DNA of 64,000 bases from Nitrospiraceae bacterium. Its GTDB lineage: Bacteria > Nitrospirota > Nitrospiria > Nitrospirales > Nitrospiraceae. The stretch spans positions 224,001 through 288,000 of the forward strand of contig JBFWWG010000005.1 in the NCBI GenBank assembly GCA_050246315.1, in the 5' to 3' direction. This document shows positions 1 through 17,037 of this stretch, in pieces (position 1 is the first letter of the stretch; each line of letters starts with the position of its first letter). The position numbers and the translations under genes are program-made. The notes beneath the pieces were generated by a model that made no database searches, had not been told where the DNA came from, and saw nothing but the letters and a program-made list of their open reading frames with translations.

Positions 1-393
1 AAGGACGGGAAGCGACGAACCTCCAAGCGAAAGTTCTTCCCCGGCTATGTCCTGATTGAACTTGAAACGCCGCTGACGGATGAAACCTTGCAGATGATCA
101 AGGAAACGCCGAAGGTCACGGGATTTGTGGGGGGTGGCGCGCAGCCGACGCCGCTATCCCAAGAGGAGGTCGAGTCGCTGCTGAAACAGATCGATTCCGG
201 CACGGCGCGGCCTCGGGAGCAGATCCGTTTTGTCAAAGGCGACAATGTGCGCATTATCGACGGCCCATTTTTGGGGTTCAACGGCGCCGTGGAAGATGTG
301 GATCCGGTGCACAACCGGGTCAAGCTGATGGTGAGTATTTTCGGGCGGTCCACCCCGGTGGAGCTAGGATTCTTGCAAGTGGAACGCATTTAG
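1..393 (+). CDS. nusG: Transcription antitermination factor NusG (5'-truncated by window)
   Basis: Frame 1 is open from base 1: ...KFFPGYVLIE...TPKVTGFVG...KOW GDNVRIIDGPF...VSIFGRSTPVEL. Confidence 0.97.
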   Translation, partial: KDGKRRTSKRKFFPGYVLIELETPLTDETLQMIKETPKVTGFVGGGAQPTPLSQEEVESLLKQIDSGTARPREQIRFVKGDNVRIIDGPFLGFNGAVEDVDPVHNRVKLMVSIFGRSTPVELGFLQVERI

Positions 394-399
394 TCATGG

Positions 400-470
400 T
401 GAATTAGGAATTGTGCATTCTGATTGAGGATCCGTCATTCAGAGTTGAGCATTCCTAATTCAGAATTCTG
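400..470. repeat. 12-bp inverted repeat plus degenerate heptamer tandem repeats in nusG-rplK spacer
   Basis: TGAATTAGGAAT (400-411) / ATTCCTAATTCA (451-462); units cattcag-agttgag-cattcct-aattcag-aattctg (436-470). Confidence 0.6.
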
Positions 471-484
471 AACGGAGTGAAGGT

Positions 485-907
485 ATGGCGAAGGAAGTTT
501 CGGCGCAAATCAAACTGCAGATCCCTGCCGGCAAGGCGAATCCTGCACCACCGGTGGGGCCTTCTTTGGGTCAGCACGGCGTGAACATCATGGAGTTCTG
601 TAAGCAATTCAACGCCCGGACACAAAAGGATGGAGACAGCATCATCCCGGTCATCATTACCGTCTACAAGGATCGCAGTTTTACATTCATCTGCAAGACG
701 CCACCGGCGTCGGACCTGTTAAAGAAGGCAGCCGGCATCATCAAGGGCTCCGGTGTGCCCCAGAAAGACAAGGTGGGCAAGATCACGCAGGCCCAACTTC
801 AGGAAATCGCCAAGAAGAAGATGGCCGATTTGAATGCGGCCGATGTCGATGGTGCCATGAACATTATCGCGGGAACGGCCCGCAGCATGGGCATCGTCAT
901 CCAGTAA
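485..907 (+). CDS. rplK: 50S ribosomal protein L11
   Basis: [38 protein letters not shown]. Confidence 0.99.
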   Translation: MAKEVSAQIKLQIPAGKANPAPPVGPSLGQHGVNIMEFCKQFNARTQKDGDSIIPVIITVYKDRSFTFICKTPPASDLLKKAAGIIKGSGVPQKDKVGKITQAQLQEIAKKKMADLNAADVDGAMNIIAGTARSMGIVIQ

Positions 908-941
908 AGCATGGCATAACGATTCGCGCGAGGAGTTGGTC

Positions 942-1634
942 ATGGGAAAGAAAATGCAGGCGGCCCTGAAAAAAGTGGAGGCTCGTGCCTATCCGCTGAA
1001 GGATGCCGTCGAACTTATCAAGCAAGCGGCCTACGCCAAATTTGATGAAACGGTCGATCTGGCCCTTCGGCTTGGCGTGGACCCCAAGCGATCCGATCAG
1101 ATGGTCCGGGGCACGACCCTGTTGCCGCACGGATCGGGCAAGCAGATCCGCATCCTGGTTTTTGCGAAGGGCGAGAAGGAGCAGGAGGCTAGGCAGGCCG
1201 GGGCCGATCACGTCGGGGCCGACGATCTCATGGAGAAAGTGAAGGGCGGGTGGATGGATTTCGATTGCGCGATTGCGACGCCGGATCTTATGGGCGCAGT
1301 CGGCAAGTTGGGCAAGGTGCTCGGTCCGCGAGGCCTCATGCCCAATCCGAAGACGGGGACGGTGACGTTTGAAGTCGCGAAGGCGATCGGCGAAATTCGA
1401 AGGGGGCGGGTCGAGTACAAGCTCGATAAGGCCGGCATCGTGCACGTGCCGGTGGGCAAGGTCTCCTTCGAGGCCTCGCGGCTGTTCGAAAACGCCCAGG
1501 CGGTGCTGGAATCGGTCGTCAAGGCCAAGCCTGCGTCGTGTAAGGGACGCTATCTCAGGACCGCCACGATTTCGAGCACGATGGGCCCTGGGATCAGGCT
1601 GGATGCGGTCGCACTGGCGAAACAATGGGCGTAA
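942..1634 (+). CDS. rplA: 50S ribosomal protein L1
   Basis: [40 protein letters not shown] upstream of ATG 942. Confidence 0.98.
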   Translation: MGKKMQAALKKVEARAYPLKDAVELIKQAAYAKFDETVDLALRLGVDPKRSDQMVRGTTLLPHGSGKQIRILVFAKGEKEQEARQAGADHVGADDLMEKVKGGWMDFDCAIATPDLMGAVGKLGKVLGPRGLMPNPKTGTVTFEVAKAIGEIRRGRVEYKLDKAGIVHVPVGKVSFEASRLFENAQAVLESVVKAKPASCKGRYLRTATISSTMGPGIRLDAVALAKQWA

Positions 1635-1667
1635 GCGCGTCGTGACGCTAAACGGAAGAGGACGATC

Positions 1668-2600
1668 ATGAAACGGGAAGAGAAGGCGGTCGCGGTTGCC
1701 GAACTGAATGAGAAATTCAAGCGGGCTCGGCTGGCGATCCTGACGGAATGCACCGGAATGCCGGTGGCGCACCTGACGGAGCTGCGCAAGCAGCTCCGTG
1801 GAGTGAAGGCGGAATACAAGGTCGTGAAGAACACCCTGGCCGCACGGGCCTCGGAGGGCACGGAGATCGCGCCGCTCGGGGCGTATTTCAGGGGGCCCGC
1901 CGCGGTGGTCTTGGGGTACGACGACCCGGTCAGTCCAGCCAAGGTGCTCAGGGAATTTGTCGTAGCGGAAAAGCGCGATGAGAAACTGAAGATTCTGCTC
2001 GGGGTGTTGGAAGGTAAGTTGCTTCAGGCAGCTCAGATCCATGACGTGGCCAAACTGCCGAAGAAGGACGTGCTGCTGGCGATGTTGCTCTCTACGATGC
2101 AGGGACCGGCCCGGAATTTGGTCTCTGTACTGAGCGGTGTGGTGCGGAAATTCGTCTATGTGTTGAGCGCGATTCAGGATACCAAGAAAGGGGAGGGAAC
2201 GATGCCTACTGCGGAAGGGAAGCTGTCTCAGGAAGATTTCATCAAGGCGATCGAAGGCATGAGCGTGCTGGAGCTCGCCGAACTTGTCAAGGGGTTGGAG
2301 TCGCGCTTCGGCGTGACCGCGGCGGCGCCGGTGGCCGTGGTGGCGGCCGGAGGGGCGGGGGCTGCGGCGGCGCCGGCTGAAGAGAAGACCTCGTTTGATG
2401 TCGTGCTCGCCAGCGCAGCGGCGGATAAGAAGATCCAGGTCATCAAGGTCGTCCGAGAGCTCACGAGCCTGGGCTTGAAAGAAGCCAAGGATTTGGTCGA
2501 AGGGGCGCCGAAGCCCGTGAAGACCGGTGTGGCGAAGGAAGAAGCGGACAGCATGAAGAAGAAGCTGGAGGAGGCGGGTGCGAAAGTCGAGATCAAGTAA
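1668..2600 (+). CDS. rplJ: 50S ribosomal protein L10 read in frame into L7/L12 (310-aa L10-L12 fusion ORF)
   Basis: Residues 1-178 are L10 ([25 protein letters not shown]). No stop codon occurs before the L12 sequence. Confidence 0.92.
   Translation: MKREEKAVAVAELNEKFKRARLAILTECTGMPVAHLTELRKQLRGVKAEYKVVKNTLAARASEGTEIAPLGAYFRGPAAVVLGYDDPVSPAKVLREFVVAEKRDEKLKILLGVLEGKLLQAAQIHDVAKLPKKDVLLAMLLSTMQGPARNLVSVLSGVVRKFVYVLSAIQDTKKGEGTMPTAEGKLSQEDFIKAIEGMSVLELAELVKGLESRFGVTAAAPVAVVAAGGAGAAAAPAEEKTSFDVVLASAAADKKIQVIKVVRELTSLGLKEAKDLVEGAPKPVKTGVAKEEADSMKKKLEEAGAKVEIK
2202..2600 (+). CDS. rplL: 50S ribosomal protein L7/L12 (internal start in the fusion ORF)
   Basis: SD AAAGGGGAGGG (2187-2197) then ATG 2202; [11 protein letters not shown], Ala hinge, [32 protein letters not shown]. 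Confidence 0.93.
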   Translation: MPTAEGKLSQEDFIKAIEGMSVLELAELVKGLESRFGVTAAAPVAVVAAGGAGAAAAPAEEKTSFDVVLASAAADKKIQVIKVVRELTSLGLKEAKDLVEGAPKPVKTGVAKEEADSMKKKLEEAGAKVEIK

Positions 2601-2687
2601 TCACGCAAGCCTGAGAATCTGAGTCGTGCCTCGCGCGCGGCCGCGGGGCTGGGATGTGGTACGGATCGAGACAAAGGAGCGACACGC

Positions 2688-5600
2688 ATGCCGGATTCGA
2701 GTGGGGTTGAGTTGGTCCCTCGGAAGGATTTTTCCAGAATTCAGACGAGCATCGAGATTCCGGATCTGATCGAGATCCAGCGGCGTTCGTATGAGCAGTT
2801 CCTGCAGATGGAAAAAGAGCCCGAGCGTCGCGACGATCGGGGGTTGCAGGCCGCGTTGGCCAGCGTCTTTCCGATCGCCGACTACAACAATACCGCCGTG
2901 CTCGAATTCACGAGCTATGCGCTCGGGACGCCGAAGTACGACGTCCGCGAATGTCTCGAGCAGGGGATGACCTACGCAGTGCCCTTAAAACTGCGCGTGC
3001 GGCTGGTCGTGTTCGACAAGGAGGACAAGGGGCCGAAGCGCAAGGTGCTCGACGTGCGGGAGCAAGAGGTCTACGTCGGCGAGTTGCCCCTGATGACTGA
3101 GCGGGGCACCTTCATCATTAACGGGACCGAGCGCGTCGTCGTCAGCCAATTGCACCGGTCTCCCGGGGCCTCGTTCACGCACGACAAGGGACGGACGCAT
3201 GCCAGCGGGAAGGTGTTGTATTCCGCGCGCATCATTCCCTATCGCGGATCGTGGCTCGATTTTGAGTTCGACGCGCGGGACATTCTGTATGTCCGGATCG
3301 ATCGCCGGCGCAAGATGCCGGTCACGATCCTGCTCAAGGCCTTTGGGTTTTCCAGCGACGATCTCCTCAAGATGTACTATCCCGTCGAGGAGATCCATGT
3401 CTCACAGGGCAGGCTATACCGCAAGCTCGACCCGGAGATCCACCACGGCCTCAAATCGTCCACCGAGTTGACGGAGAAGGGCAGCAAGGAAGTGTTGGTG
3501 CGGGAGGGAGCCAAGCTCTCGAGGGTCATGATCAACAAGCTGAAGGCGGCGGGGATCAAGGAGATCCCGGTGGCTCCGGCCGAGTTGGTGGGGCGAGCCG
3601 TCTTGAGCGAGATCATCGATCCGCGAACAAAGGAGAAGGTGGCGGAGAAGAATCAACGCCTGACCGCGGAGATTCTTGAGAAGGTGGTGGAAAGCCAGGC
3701 CGAGGCCTTCAAGGTGATCTATCTCGACCAGGCGACCGCCACGCCGGTGATTTTGGATACGCTCGAAATGGAGCGGACGACCTCGAAGGAAGAGGCCATG
3801 GTCGAGATCTACAAGCGACTGAGGCCGGGCGAAACGCCGTCCATCGAGACAGCCAAGGCGCTGTTCGAAAACCTGTTTCAGAGCGCCAAGCGGTACGATC
3901 TGTCCCCGGTCGGGCGTCTCAAGCTGAACAAGAAGCTGGGGCTCGATCTGCCGCTCGAGCAACGCACGTTGACAAAGGAAGATATTGTCGAAGTCATCCG
4001 CTACTTGGTCAACCTCAAGATGGGCAAGGGGGAAGTGGACGACATCGACCATTTGGGGAACCGGCGGGTGCGGTCGGTCGGCGAGCTGCTCGAAAATCAA
4101 GTGCGGCTCGGCCTCGTGCGCATGGAGCGAAGCATCAAGGAGCGGATGAATTTGCTCGATATGGAAACGGTCCTGCCGCACGATCTGATCAACGCCAAGC
4201 CGGTGGTGGCGGCGATCAAGGAATTCTTTAGCAGCAGCCAGTTGTCTCAGTTCATGGATCAAACGAACCCGCTGGCGGAAATCACTCACAAGCGCCGTCT
4301 GTCCGCGCTGGGTCCTGGAGGGTTAACGCGGGAGCGCGCCGGGTTTGAAGTGCGCGACGTGCATCCTTCGCACTACAGCCGTATCTGCCCGATCGAGACG
4401 CCGGAAGGTCCGAACATCGGTCTGATCACCTCACTCGCCACCTATGCGAGAATCAACGAATTCGGCTTTATCGAAGCGCCCTATCGCAAGGTGTCCAAAG
4501 GGCGTGTCACAGAGGAAATCGAGTACCTCTCGGCGATCGAAGGAGACCGGTACGTGGTCGCGCAGGCCAATTCCACGGTCGATCCGCACGGGAAATTGGT
4601 GTCGGAGTCGATCACCGCCCGCTCCGCCGGCGATTTTGTCATGACCGGGCCGGACCGCGTGGAATATATGGACGTGTCGCCCAAGCAAGTGGTGAGCGTG
4701 GCGACGGCTATGGTGCCGTTTCTCGAGCATGACGACGCGAACCGCGCCTTGATGGGCTCCAACATGCAACGGCAGGCCGTGCCGCTGCTCAAGACCGAAA
4801 GTCCTCTGGTGGGGACCGGGATGGAAGCCGTGGTCGCGCGCGATTCCGGTTATGTGGTCCTGGCCAAACGCGCCGGTGTGGTCGAGAGTGTGGATGCGAC
4901 GAGAATCGTCGTGCGCGCCGATGCCGGGAAGGAGATCCGCAAGAAGGGGGACACCGGGTTGGACGTGTACGATCTCGTGAAGTTCCAGCGCTCGAATCAG
5001 AATACCTGCATCAATCAAATGCCGGTGGTCCGGTTGGGCCAACCGGTTAAGCAGGGGCAGGTTTTGGCTGACGGACCTGCGATCGATCGTGGCGAGTTGG
5101 CGCTTGGAAAGAATGTGTTGGTCGCCTTCATGCCTTGGGGTGGGTACAACTTCGAGGACGCGATTCTGCTCAGCGAGCGGGTGGTTCGGGAGGACGTGTT
5201 CACGTCCATTCATATTGAAGAGTTCGAAGTCGAGGCGCGGGACACCAAGTTGGGCAAGGAAGAAATCACCCGGGACATTCCGAACGTGGGCGAAGAAGCG
5301 CTCCGGAACCTGGACGAGAGCGGGATCATCCGCATCGGTGCCGAGGTTAAACCCGGGGACATCCTGGTCGGCAAGGTCACGCCGAAAGGCGAAACGCAAC
5401 TGACTCCGGAAGAGAAGCTGCTGCGGGCGATCTTCGGTGAGAAGGCCGGGGACGTGAAGGACACGTCGCTGACGGTGCCGCCCGGCGTGGAAGGTATCGT
5501 GGTCGACGTGAAGATCTTCTCGCGCAAGGGGCTCGACAAGGACGAACGGTCGCGCAGTATCGAAAGCGAAGACGCAATGAAGCTGCAGCGCGACCACCAG

Positions 5601-6650
5601 GACGAAATTCGGATCATCGAAGAAGAGAAGATTAAGAAGATCCGGAAGTTCATGCTGGGGCGCGTGGTCGGCCGGGACATCATGGATCCGGATTCGGGCG
5701 AAGTCGTTCTGAAGAAAAAGGGTAAGCTGACGGCGGACGTGCTGCGGCAATTGTCGGACGACGAGTTGCGTCATACGATTCTGGCGGATCCGGAAGAGCA
5801 GCAGGAGCTGGACGAGATCGAGCGGCGGGCCAAGGAGCAAATCGAGATCCTGCAGACGATGTACGATGAAAAAGTCGGCCGACTGAAACGGGGAGACGAA
5901 CTGCCTCCCGGCGTCCTGAAGTTGGTCAAGGTCCATATCGCCATGAAGCGCAAGATTCAAGTGGGCGACAAGATGGCCGGCCGCCATGGGAACAAGGGTG
6001 TCGTTTCCCGCGTGATGCCGGAAGAAGACATGCCGTATCTGCCGGACGGCACGCCCGTCGATATCGTGCTGAATCCGCTCGGTGTGCCTTCCCGCATGAA
6101 CGTCGGCCAGATTCTGGAGACCCATCTCGGGTGGGCGGCCAAGGCGCTCGGCCTGCATGTGGCCAGTCCGGTCTTCGACGGAGCGTCGGAGCGGGAGATC
6201 AAGGACCTGCTCAAGAAGGCGGGCTTGCCGGCCAGCGGACAAACGGTGCTCTATGATGGCCGGACAGGAGAGAAGTTCGACAGCACGGTGACGGTCGGGC
6301 ACATGTATATGTTGAAGTTGCACCACCTGGTGGACGACAAGATTCATGCTCGGTCCATCGGTCCCTATTCGCTGGTCACGCAGCAACCGCTGGGCGGCAA
6401 GGCGCAATTCGGAGGCCAGCGTTTGGGCGAGATGGAAGTCTGGGCCCTGCAGGCCTACGGGGCTGCCTCCACGCTGCAGGAATTCTTGACGGTCAAGTCG
6501 GACGACGTGCCGGGCCGCTCGCGGATGTATGAGGCGATCGTCAAGGGCGAGCCCTATTTGGAGCCGGGCCTACCGGAGTCGTTCAACGTGCTGGTGAAAG
6601 AACTGCAGAGTTTGGGATTGGATGTGGAGCTGGTGAAGTCGCAAGACTGA
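2688..6650 (+). CDS. rpoB: RNA polymerase beta subunit
   Basis: [54 protein letters not shown]. Confidence 0.99.
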   Translation: MPDSSGVELVPRKDFSRIQTSIEIPDLIEIQRRSYEQFLQMEKEPERRDDRGLQAALASVFPIADYNNTAVLEFTSYALGTPKYDVRECLEQGMTYAVPLKLRVRLVVFDKEDKGPKRKVLDVREQEVYVGELPLMTERGTFIINGTERVVVSQLHRSPGASFTHDKGRTHASGKVLYSARIIPYRGSWLDFEFDARDILYVRIDRRRKMPVTILLKAFGFSSDDLLKMYYPVEEIHVSQGRLYRKLDPEIHHGLKSSTELTEKGSKEVLVREGAKLSRVMINKLKAAGIKEIPVAPAELVGRAVLSEIIDPRTKEKVAEKNQRLTAEILEKVVESQAEAFKVIYLDQATATPVILDTLEMERTTSKEEAMVEIYKRLRPGETPSIETAKALFENLFQSAKRYDLSPVGRLKLNKKLGLDLPLEQRTLTKEDIVEVIRYLVNLKMGKGEVDDIDHLGNRRVRSVGELLENQVRLGLVRMERSIKERMNLLDMETVLPHDLINAKPVVAAIKEFFSSSQLSQFMDQTNPLAEITHKRRLSALGPGGLTRERAGFEVRDVHPSHYSRICPIETPEGPNIGLITSLATYARINEFGFIEAPYRKVSKGRVTEEIEYLSAIEGDRYVVAQANSTVDPHGKLVSESITARSAGDFVMTGPDRVEYMDVSPKQVVSVATAMVPFLEHDDANRALMGSNMQRQAVPLLKTESPLVGTGMEAVVARDSGYVVLAKRAGVVESVDATRIVVRADAGKEIRKKGDTGLDVYDLVKFQRSNQNTCINQMPVVRLGQPVKQGQVLADGPAIDRGELALGKNVLVAFMPWGGYNFEDAILLSERVVREDVFTSIHIEEFEVEARDTKLGKEEITRDIPNVGEEALRNLDESGIIRIGAEVKPGDILVGKVTPKGETQLTPEEKLLRAIFGEKAGDVKDTSLTVPPGVEGIVVDVKIFSRKGLDKDERSRSIESEDAMKLQRDHQDEIRIIEEEKIKKIRKFMLGRVVGRDIMDPDSGEVVLKKKGKLTADVLRQLSDDELRHTILADPEEQQELDEIERRAKEQIEILQTMYDEKVGRLKRGDELPPGVLKLVKVHIAMKRKIQVGDKMAGRHGNKGVVSRVMPEEDMPYLPDGTPVDIVLNPLGVPSRMNVGQILETHLGWAAKALGLHVASPVFDGASEREIKDLLKKAGLPASGQTVLYDGRTGEKFDSTVTVGHMYMLKLHHLVDDKIHARSIGPYSLVTQQPLGGKAQFGGQRLGEMEVWALQAYGAASTLQEFLTVKSDDVPGRSRMYEAIVKGEPYLEPGLPESFNVLVKELQSLGLDVELVKSQD

Positions 6651-6778
6651 GGTATTCCGTAGAGAGTGCCCGACGCGTTCGAGTCGGGTTTCGAGATTGA
6701 ATCAACAGCCGGCGCGGATCCGATCAGCATCGGATCTACGGCGTTGAGCAGTTCACCATCTGACAAGGGGGATCTACC

Positions 6779-10951
<4,173 letters not shown>

Positions 10952-10986
10952 CACAGAAAGAAGGCCCACCTTGGAGTTGAGGGGCC

Positions 10987-11015
10987 TTGACAGAATCAAA
11001 GGAGATCATTATAAT
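10987..11015 (+). promoter_or_regulatory. Consensus sigma70 promoter of the str operon
   Basis: TTGACA (10987-92), 17-nt spacer, TATAAT (11010-15), about 84 nt upstream of rpsL. The hairpin AAGGCCC...GGGCCTT (10961-88) overlaps the -35. Confidence 0.9.
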
Positions 11016-11098
11016 CCGCCGGCTTTGCGTATGAAACTGTGTTGCGGAGCCGGCTTATTGCGGAAGCCCGCGTATCAAGAAGGAACTTTGCTGACGCC

Positions 11099-11470
11099 AT
11101 GCCCACAATCAACCAATTAGTCAGGCGGGGGAGGCGCTTGGTTCGGAGCAAGACGAAGAGTCCTGCCCTCAAGCGGTGCCCCCAGAAGCGGGGCGTGTGT
11201 CTCCGCGTGTACACCACAACTCCGAAAAAACCGAACTCCGCGCTCCGCAAGGTGGCCAGAGTGCGGCTGACCAATGGAATAGAGGTCACTACCTACATTC
11301 CCGGCGTTGGGCACAATCTGCAGGAACACTCGATCGTGTTGGTACGCGGCGGTCGCGTGAAAGACTTGCCAGGTGTACGGTATCACATCGTTCGCGGCAC
11401 ACTGGATGCCGTCGGTGTGGCGGGCCGCAAGCAAGGCCGGTCGAAATACGGCGCGAAGCGTCCAAAGTAG
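11099..11470 (+). CDS. rpsL: 30S ribosomal protein S12
   Basis: [30 protein letters not shown]. Confidence 0.99.
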   Translation: MPTINQLVRRGRRLVRSKTKSPALKRCPQKRGVCLRVYTTTPKKPNSALRKVARVRLTNGIEVTTYIPGVGHNLQEHSIVLVRGGRVKDLPGVRYHIVRGTLDAVGVAGRKQGRSKYGAKRPK

Positions 11471-11537
11471 AGAGATCAGGAAGGTCTGGTGCCCGCCGGA
11501 TTGCGGGTTGTGAACATTTTCGTGAGGATCATCGCCA

Positions 11538-12008
11538 ATGCCTCGTGGTGGACAAGTTTCGTTGAGAGAGACGCTGCCCGACCCCAAGTTCGGGGACCGT
11601 CTCGTGGGCAAATTCGTCAATGTGCTCATGTCCTGCGGAAAGAAGAGCACGGCGGAACAAATTTGTTACGGCGCGTTTGAATTAATTCAGGAAAAAACCA
11701 ACGGCGACCCGATGAAGGTTTTCCGTGCGGCGGTGGATAATGTCAAGCCTGTGGTTGAAGTGAAGTCTCGGCGTGTGGGTGGTGCCTCGTACCAGGTTCC
11801 TGTCGAGATTCGTCCTACCCGTCGTTTGTCCCTGGCCCTCCGGTGGATTGCCGAGTATGCGCGAACGCGCTCGGGGAAGAGTATGGTCGACAAGCTCGCG
11901 GCTGAGCTGATGGACGCCGCCAATAATACCGGCGCCGCGGTGAAGAAGCGAGAGGATGTCCACCGTATGGCAGAGGCGAATAAGGCCTTCGCTCACTACC
12001 GCTGGTAG
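11538..12008 (+). CDS. rpsG: 30S ribosomal protein S7
   Basis: [25 protein letters not shown]. Confidence 0.99.
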   Translation: MPRGGQVSLRETLPDPKFGDRLVGKFVNVLMSCGKKSTAEQICYGAFELIQEKTNGDPMKVFRAAVDNVKPVVEVKSRRVGGASYQVPVEIRPTRRLSLALRWIAEYARTRSGKSMVDKLAAELMDAANNTGAAVKKREDVHRMAEANKAFAHYRW

Positions 12009-12101
12009 AGACCTGCACAGGACTGTATCGTCGTTCCGCTGAGGAAGCTCAGATGCCTCCTCGCATTGTTGTGGTCGTTCGTGTGACTGAGGGGATTGTC
12101 C

Positions 12102-14183
12102 GTGGCTCGACAGACACCGCTTGAGCGGACCAGAAATATCGGGATCATGGCGCACATTGATGCGGGGAAGACGACTACGACCGAGCGTATTCTCTACTAC
12201 ACGGGTGTGTCGCACAAGATCGGCGAGGTGCATGAAGGCGCCGCGACCATGGACTGGATGGAGCAGGAGCGGGAGCGAGGCATCACGATCACGGCGGCGG
12301 CGACGACCTGCTTTTGGAGGGACCATCGCATCAACATTATCGACACTCCTGGACACGTGGATTTCACGATCGAAGTTGAGCGATCCCTCCGTGTATTGGA
12401 CGGGGCGGTGGCAGTCTTCGACTCGGTGCAGGGCGTCGAGCCGCAGTCAGAAACCGTCTGGCGGCAGGCCGACAAGTATCGGGTCCCTCGAATCGCATTC
12501 ATGAACAAGATGGACCGGGTCGGAGCGGATTTCTATGCCAGTGTCCAATCCGTCATCGATCGTCTGGGCGCCAATCCGGTGCCGATTCAAATTCCGATGG
12601 GGCGGGAGGCGGAATTCCGCGGCACCATCGACCTGGTCACGATGAAGGCGTTTTTCTACGATGACGAGACGCTGGGCGCCAAATATGAGGTCAAGGAGAT
12701 TCCCGCCAACTTGTTGGAGCAGGCCCAGCAATATCGTGAAAAGATGCTGGAGGCCGTGGCCGAGCATGATGAGCAGGTCTTGGAAAAGTACCTGAACGGG
12801 CAGTCGCTGACTGAAGAGGAGATCATCCGTGCCATTCGAGCCGGAGCTGTCACGATGAAAGCCGTGCCGGTGCTCTGTGGGTCGGCGTTCAAGAATAAGG
12901 GGGTCCAGCAGCTCCTGGACGCCGTGGTTGAATATTTGCCTTCCCCGCTTGATATTCCGCCTGTCACGGGCGTGGACCCCAATTCCGGGAAGGAACTGGC
13001 TCGGCGGACGGCTGACGACGAAGCCTTTTCTGCCTTGGCCTTTAAGATCATGACGGATCCGTTTGCCGGACAGTTGACCTTCTTCCGGGTGTATTCAGGC
13101 ATGCTGAAAACCGGCACCGCGGTGCTCAACCTCACGAAGGGCACTAAGGAGCGTGTCGGGCGACTTCTGAAGATGCACGCCAACAAGCGGGAAGAAATCG
13201 ATACGGTCTATGCCGGTGATATCGCGGCTGCGGTCGGCCTGCGGAGTGCTGGAACCGGGGATACGCTCTGCGATGAAAAGCAACCGATCCTCCTCGAGGT
13301 CATGAAGTTCCCTGAGCCGGTCATCGCGATGGCCATCGAACCCAAGACCAAGCCCGATCAAGAGAAGCTGGGATTCTCGCTGCAGAAACTGGCGCAAGAA
13401 GATCCTTCGTTTCGTGTGAAGACGGATGAGGAGACTGGACAAACCATCATTTCGGGCATGGGTGAGTTGCATCTTGAGATCATCGTGGATCGATTGCTGC
13501 GCGAGTTCAAGGTCGAGGCCAATGTCGGAAAGCCTGAAGTGGCCTACCGAGAGACCATCAAGCGTCATGCCGAGGCTGAGGGAAAATACATTAAGCAGAC
13601 CGGCGGTCGTGGGCAGTATGGTCATGTGGTCATGACGGTAGAACCCTCCGAGCCGGGCAAGGGGCTTGAGTTCGTCAATAAGATCGTCGGCGGGGCCGTC
13701 CCGAGGGAATATATTCCGGCGATTGAGAAGGGGGTCCGCGAGCGCATGGAAACGGGTGTTCTCGCCGGCTATCCCATGCGGGATGTTCGGGTGACGGTGA
13801 TCGACGGTTCGTATCACGATGTCGATTCTAGCGAGATGGCCTTCAAGATTGCGGCCTCGATGGGGTTTCAGGAGGCATGCCGAAAGGCTGATGCCGCGTT
13901 GCTCGAGCCGATTATGAAGGTCGAGGTGCTCGTCCCTCAGGAATTCATGGGAGACGTCATTGGCAACTTAAACGGGCGTCGTGGCAAAGTGCAGGGGATC
14001 AAAGTGCGAGCCGGGTCGCAGGCAATCGAGGCAGCGGTCCCGTTGGCTGAAATGTTCGGATATGCGACGGATCTTCGGTCGCGAACCCAAGGACGCGCCA
14101 CGTACAGTATGGAGTTTGATCGCTACGATCAGGTTCCGAAGCAAATAGCGGAAGCGATCATCGCCAAGAATCGAGGCGAGTGA
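12102..14183 (+). CDS. fusA: Elongation factor G
   Basis: [29 protein letters not shown] 12102 follows SD GAGGGG; TTG 12096 is an alternative start. Confidence 0.98.
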   Translation: MARQTPLERTRNIGIMAHIDAGKTTTTERILYYTGVSHKIGEVHEGAATMDWMEQERERGITITAAATTCFWRDHRINIIDTPGHVDFTIEVERSLRVLDGAVAVFDSVQGVEPQSETVWRQADKYRVPRIAFMNKMDRVGADFYASVQSVIDRLGANPVPIQIPMGREAEFRGTIDLVTMKAFFYDDETLGAKYEVKEIPANLLEQAQQYREKMLEAVAEHDEQVLEKYLNGQSLTEEEIIRAIRAGAVTMKAVPVLCGSAFKNKGVQQLLDAVVEYLPSPLDIPPVTGVDPNSGKELARRTADDEAFSALAFKIMTDPFAGQLTFFRVYSGMLKTGTAVLNLTKGTKERVGRLLKMHANKREEIDTVYAGDIAAAVGLRSAGTGDTLCDEKQPILLEVMKFPEPVIAMAIEPKTKPDQEKLGFSLQKLAQEDPSFRVKTDEETGQTIISGMGELHLEIIVDRLLREFKVEANVGKPEVAYRETIKRHAEAEGKYIKQTGGRGQYGHVVMTVEPSEPGKGLEFVNKIVGGAVPREYIPAIEKGVRERMETGVLAGYPMRDVRVTVIDGSYHDVDSSEMAFKIAASMGFQEACRKADAALLEPIMKVEVLVPQEFMGDVIGNLNGRRGKVQGIKVRAGSQAIEAAVPLAEMFGYATDLRSRTQGRATYSMEFDRYDQVPKQIAEAIIAKNRGE

Positions 14184-14220
14184 CGGTCGTCGAGTGAAGG
14201 TGACGGGGGAGGATTGAGGC

Positions 14221-15426
<1,206 letters not shown>

Positions 15427-15463
15427 AGAGGTTTGGGATTTTTAGCACGGGGAGTTAGCTCTG

Positions 15464-15775
15464 GTGAGAGTCGATCAGCGAATCAGGATCAGATTGAGGG
15501 GCTTTGATTACCGCGTGCTGGACCAATCGGTCGCGGAGATCGTCGATACGGTTCGGCGAAGCGGGGCGAAGGTGGTGGGACCCATCCCGTTGCCGACGAG
15601 GATAGAGCGGATTACGGTTCAACGTGCCACGCACTGCGATAAGAAGTCTCGGGAACAGTTCGAGGTTCGCACGCACAAGCGCCTGCTTGACATCGTTGAG
15701 CCGACTCCCGAGACGATGGATTCCCTGATGAAGCTAAATCTCGCTGCTGGCGTGGATGTCGAGATCAAGCTCTAG
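15464..15775 (+). CDS. rpsJ: 30S ribosomal protein S10
   Basis: [29 protein letters not shown]. Confidence 0.98.
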   Translation: MRVDQRIRIRLRGFDYRVLDQSVAEIVDTVRRSGAKVVGPIPLPTRIERITVQRATHCDKKSREQFEVRTHKRLLDIVEPTPETMDSLMKLNLAAGVDVEIKL

Positions 15776-15786
15776 GCGTGAGGAGC

Positions 15787-16410
15787 ATGACAAACGGACT
15801 GATTGGAAAAAAGCTGGGGATGACGCAAGTATACGGCGACGGAAACGCCTTGATTCCGGTGACGGTCATTGAGGCCGGGCCATGCCGAGTGGTCCAGGTG
15901 AAGACCAGGGAACGCGACGGCTACGAGGCAGTCCAGTTGTCCTATGGAGAAGTGAAGGAGCGTCGAGTGTCTCGGTCTGCTCGGGGACACTTGAAGGCGT
16001 CGCAGAGTCCAGCCAGCCGAGTGTTGCGTGAGTTTAAGCCCGCCGGGGACGTAGCGCTCGGCCAGGTAGTGAAGGCCGATCTCTTCAAGAAGGGTGATGT
16101 GGTCGACGTCATTGGGATCTCAAAGGGAAAGGGCTTCCAGGGCGTCGTGAAGCGGCACCATTATGCCGGAGGTCCCGAATCCCATGGCTCGATGTTTCAT
16201 CGGGCGCCAGGTTCCATCGGCAGCAGTTCCTATCCGTCGCGAGTCTGGAAGAATAAGACGTTGCCTGGGCAGATGGGGAACGAGCGGGTGACCGCGCAAG
16301 CGTTGCGCGTTGTCGAAGCTCGGCCGGAGGAAAACCTGTTGCTCGTGAGGGGATCGGTGCCGGGAGCGGAGAACGGAATTGTGATTATTCGAAAGTCGAA
16401 GAAAGGCTAA
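15787..16410 (+). CDS. rplC: 50S ribosomal protein L3
   Basis: GKKLGMTQ, SKGKGFQGVVKRH, HRAPGSIG. Confidence 0.98.
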   Translation: MTNGLIGKKLGMTQVYGDGNALIPVTVIEAGPCRVVQVKTRERDGYEAVQLSYGEVKERRVSRSARGHLKASQSPASRVLREFKPAGDVALGQVVKADLFKKGDVVDVIGISKGKGFQGVVKRHHYAGGPESHGSMFHRAPGSIGSSSYPSRVWKNKTLPGQMGNERVTAQALRVVEARPEENLLLVRGSVPGAENGIVIIRKSKKG

Positions 16411-16413
16411 GCC

Positions 16414-17037
16414 GTGCCGTCCGTGGATGTCGTCGATCTCAGCAAGCGAAAAGTGGGAACTGTGGAGTTGCCGGCCGCCATCTTCGGTCACACTCCGAAT
16501 AAGGTATTGGTTCACGAGGCGGTGGTGATGCAGCGGGCCGGTGAGCGGCAAGGCACGGCCTCCACGCTGCGACGCGGAGAAGTCAGCGGGTCCGGCAAGA
16601 AGCCGTGGAAACAAAAGCATACAGGGCGTGCGCGCGCCGGGTCGTTGCGTTCGCCGGTGTGGCGCCACGGCGGCAGTGTGTTCGGGCCGAAGCCACGATC
16701 ATATGGATACGGCATTCCAAAGCAGAAATACCATCGCGCCCTGCAAATGGCGCTGTCGTCAAAGGTGACGGCCGGTGATGTGATCGTTGTGGATGATCTT
16801 GCTGTCGCATCTCCCAAGACTCGTCAATTGGAGAAGGTCCTCGGGCAATTGGGGGTGAAGCGGACGTGTCTCCTAGTCGTTGGTGAAGGGGCAGGGAATG
16901 TGGTGAGGGCCGCCCGCAACCTTTCGGGGATCAAAGTCGTTTCCCCGGAACGGCTGAACATCTACGATGTGCTGCGCTACGACTCGCTCGTGATGGCGCA
17001 GCCGATTCTGAGTCGGATTCAGGAGGCGTGGGCATGA
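16414..17037 (+). CDS. rplD: 50S ribosomal protein L4
   Basis: RQGTAST, KPWKQKHTGRARAGS, FGPKPR. Confidence 0.98.
   Translation: MPSVDVVDLSKRKVGTVELPAAIFGHTPNKVLVHEAVVMQRAGERQGTASTLRRGEVSGSGKKPWKQKHTGRARAGSLRSPVWRHGGSVFGPKPRSYGYGIPKQKYHRALQMALSSKVTAGDVIVVDDLAVASPKTRQLEKVLGQLGVKRTCLLVVGEGAGNVVRAARNLSGIKVVSPERLNIYDVLRYDSLVMAQPILSRIQEAWA

Noticed and set aside
4431..6407. 658-aa minus-strand ORF, and similar long antisense ORFs over rpoC, rplA/J, urtAB and nadE
   Set aside because: Shadow frames of highly conserved GC-rich plus-strand genes, with no recognisable motifs.
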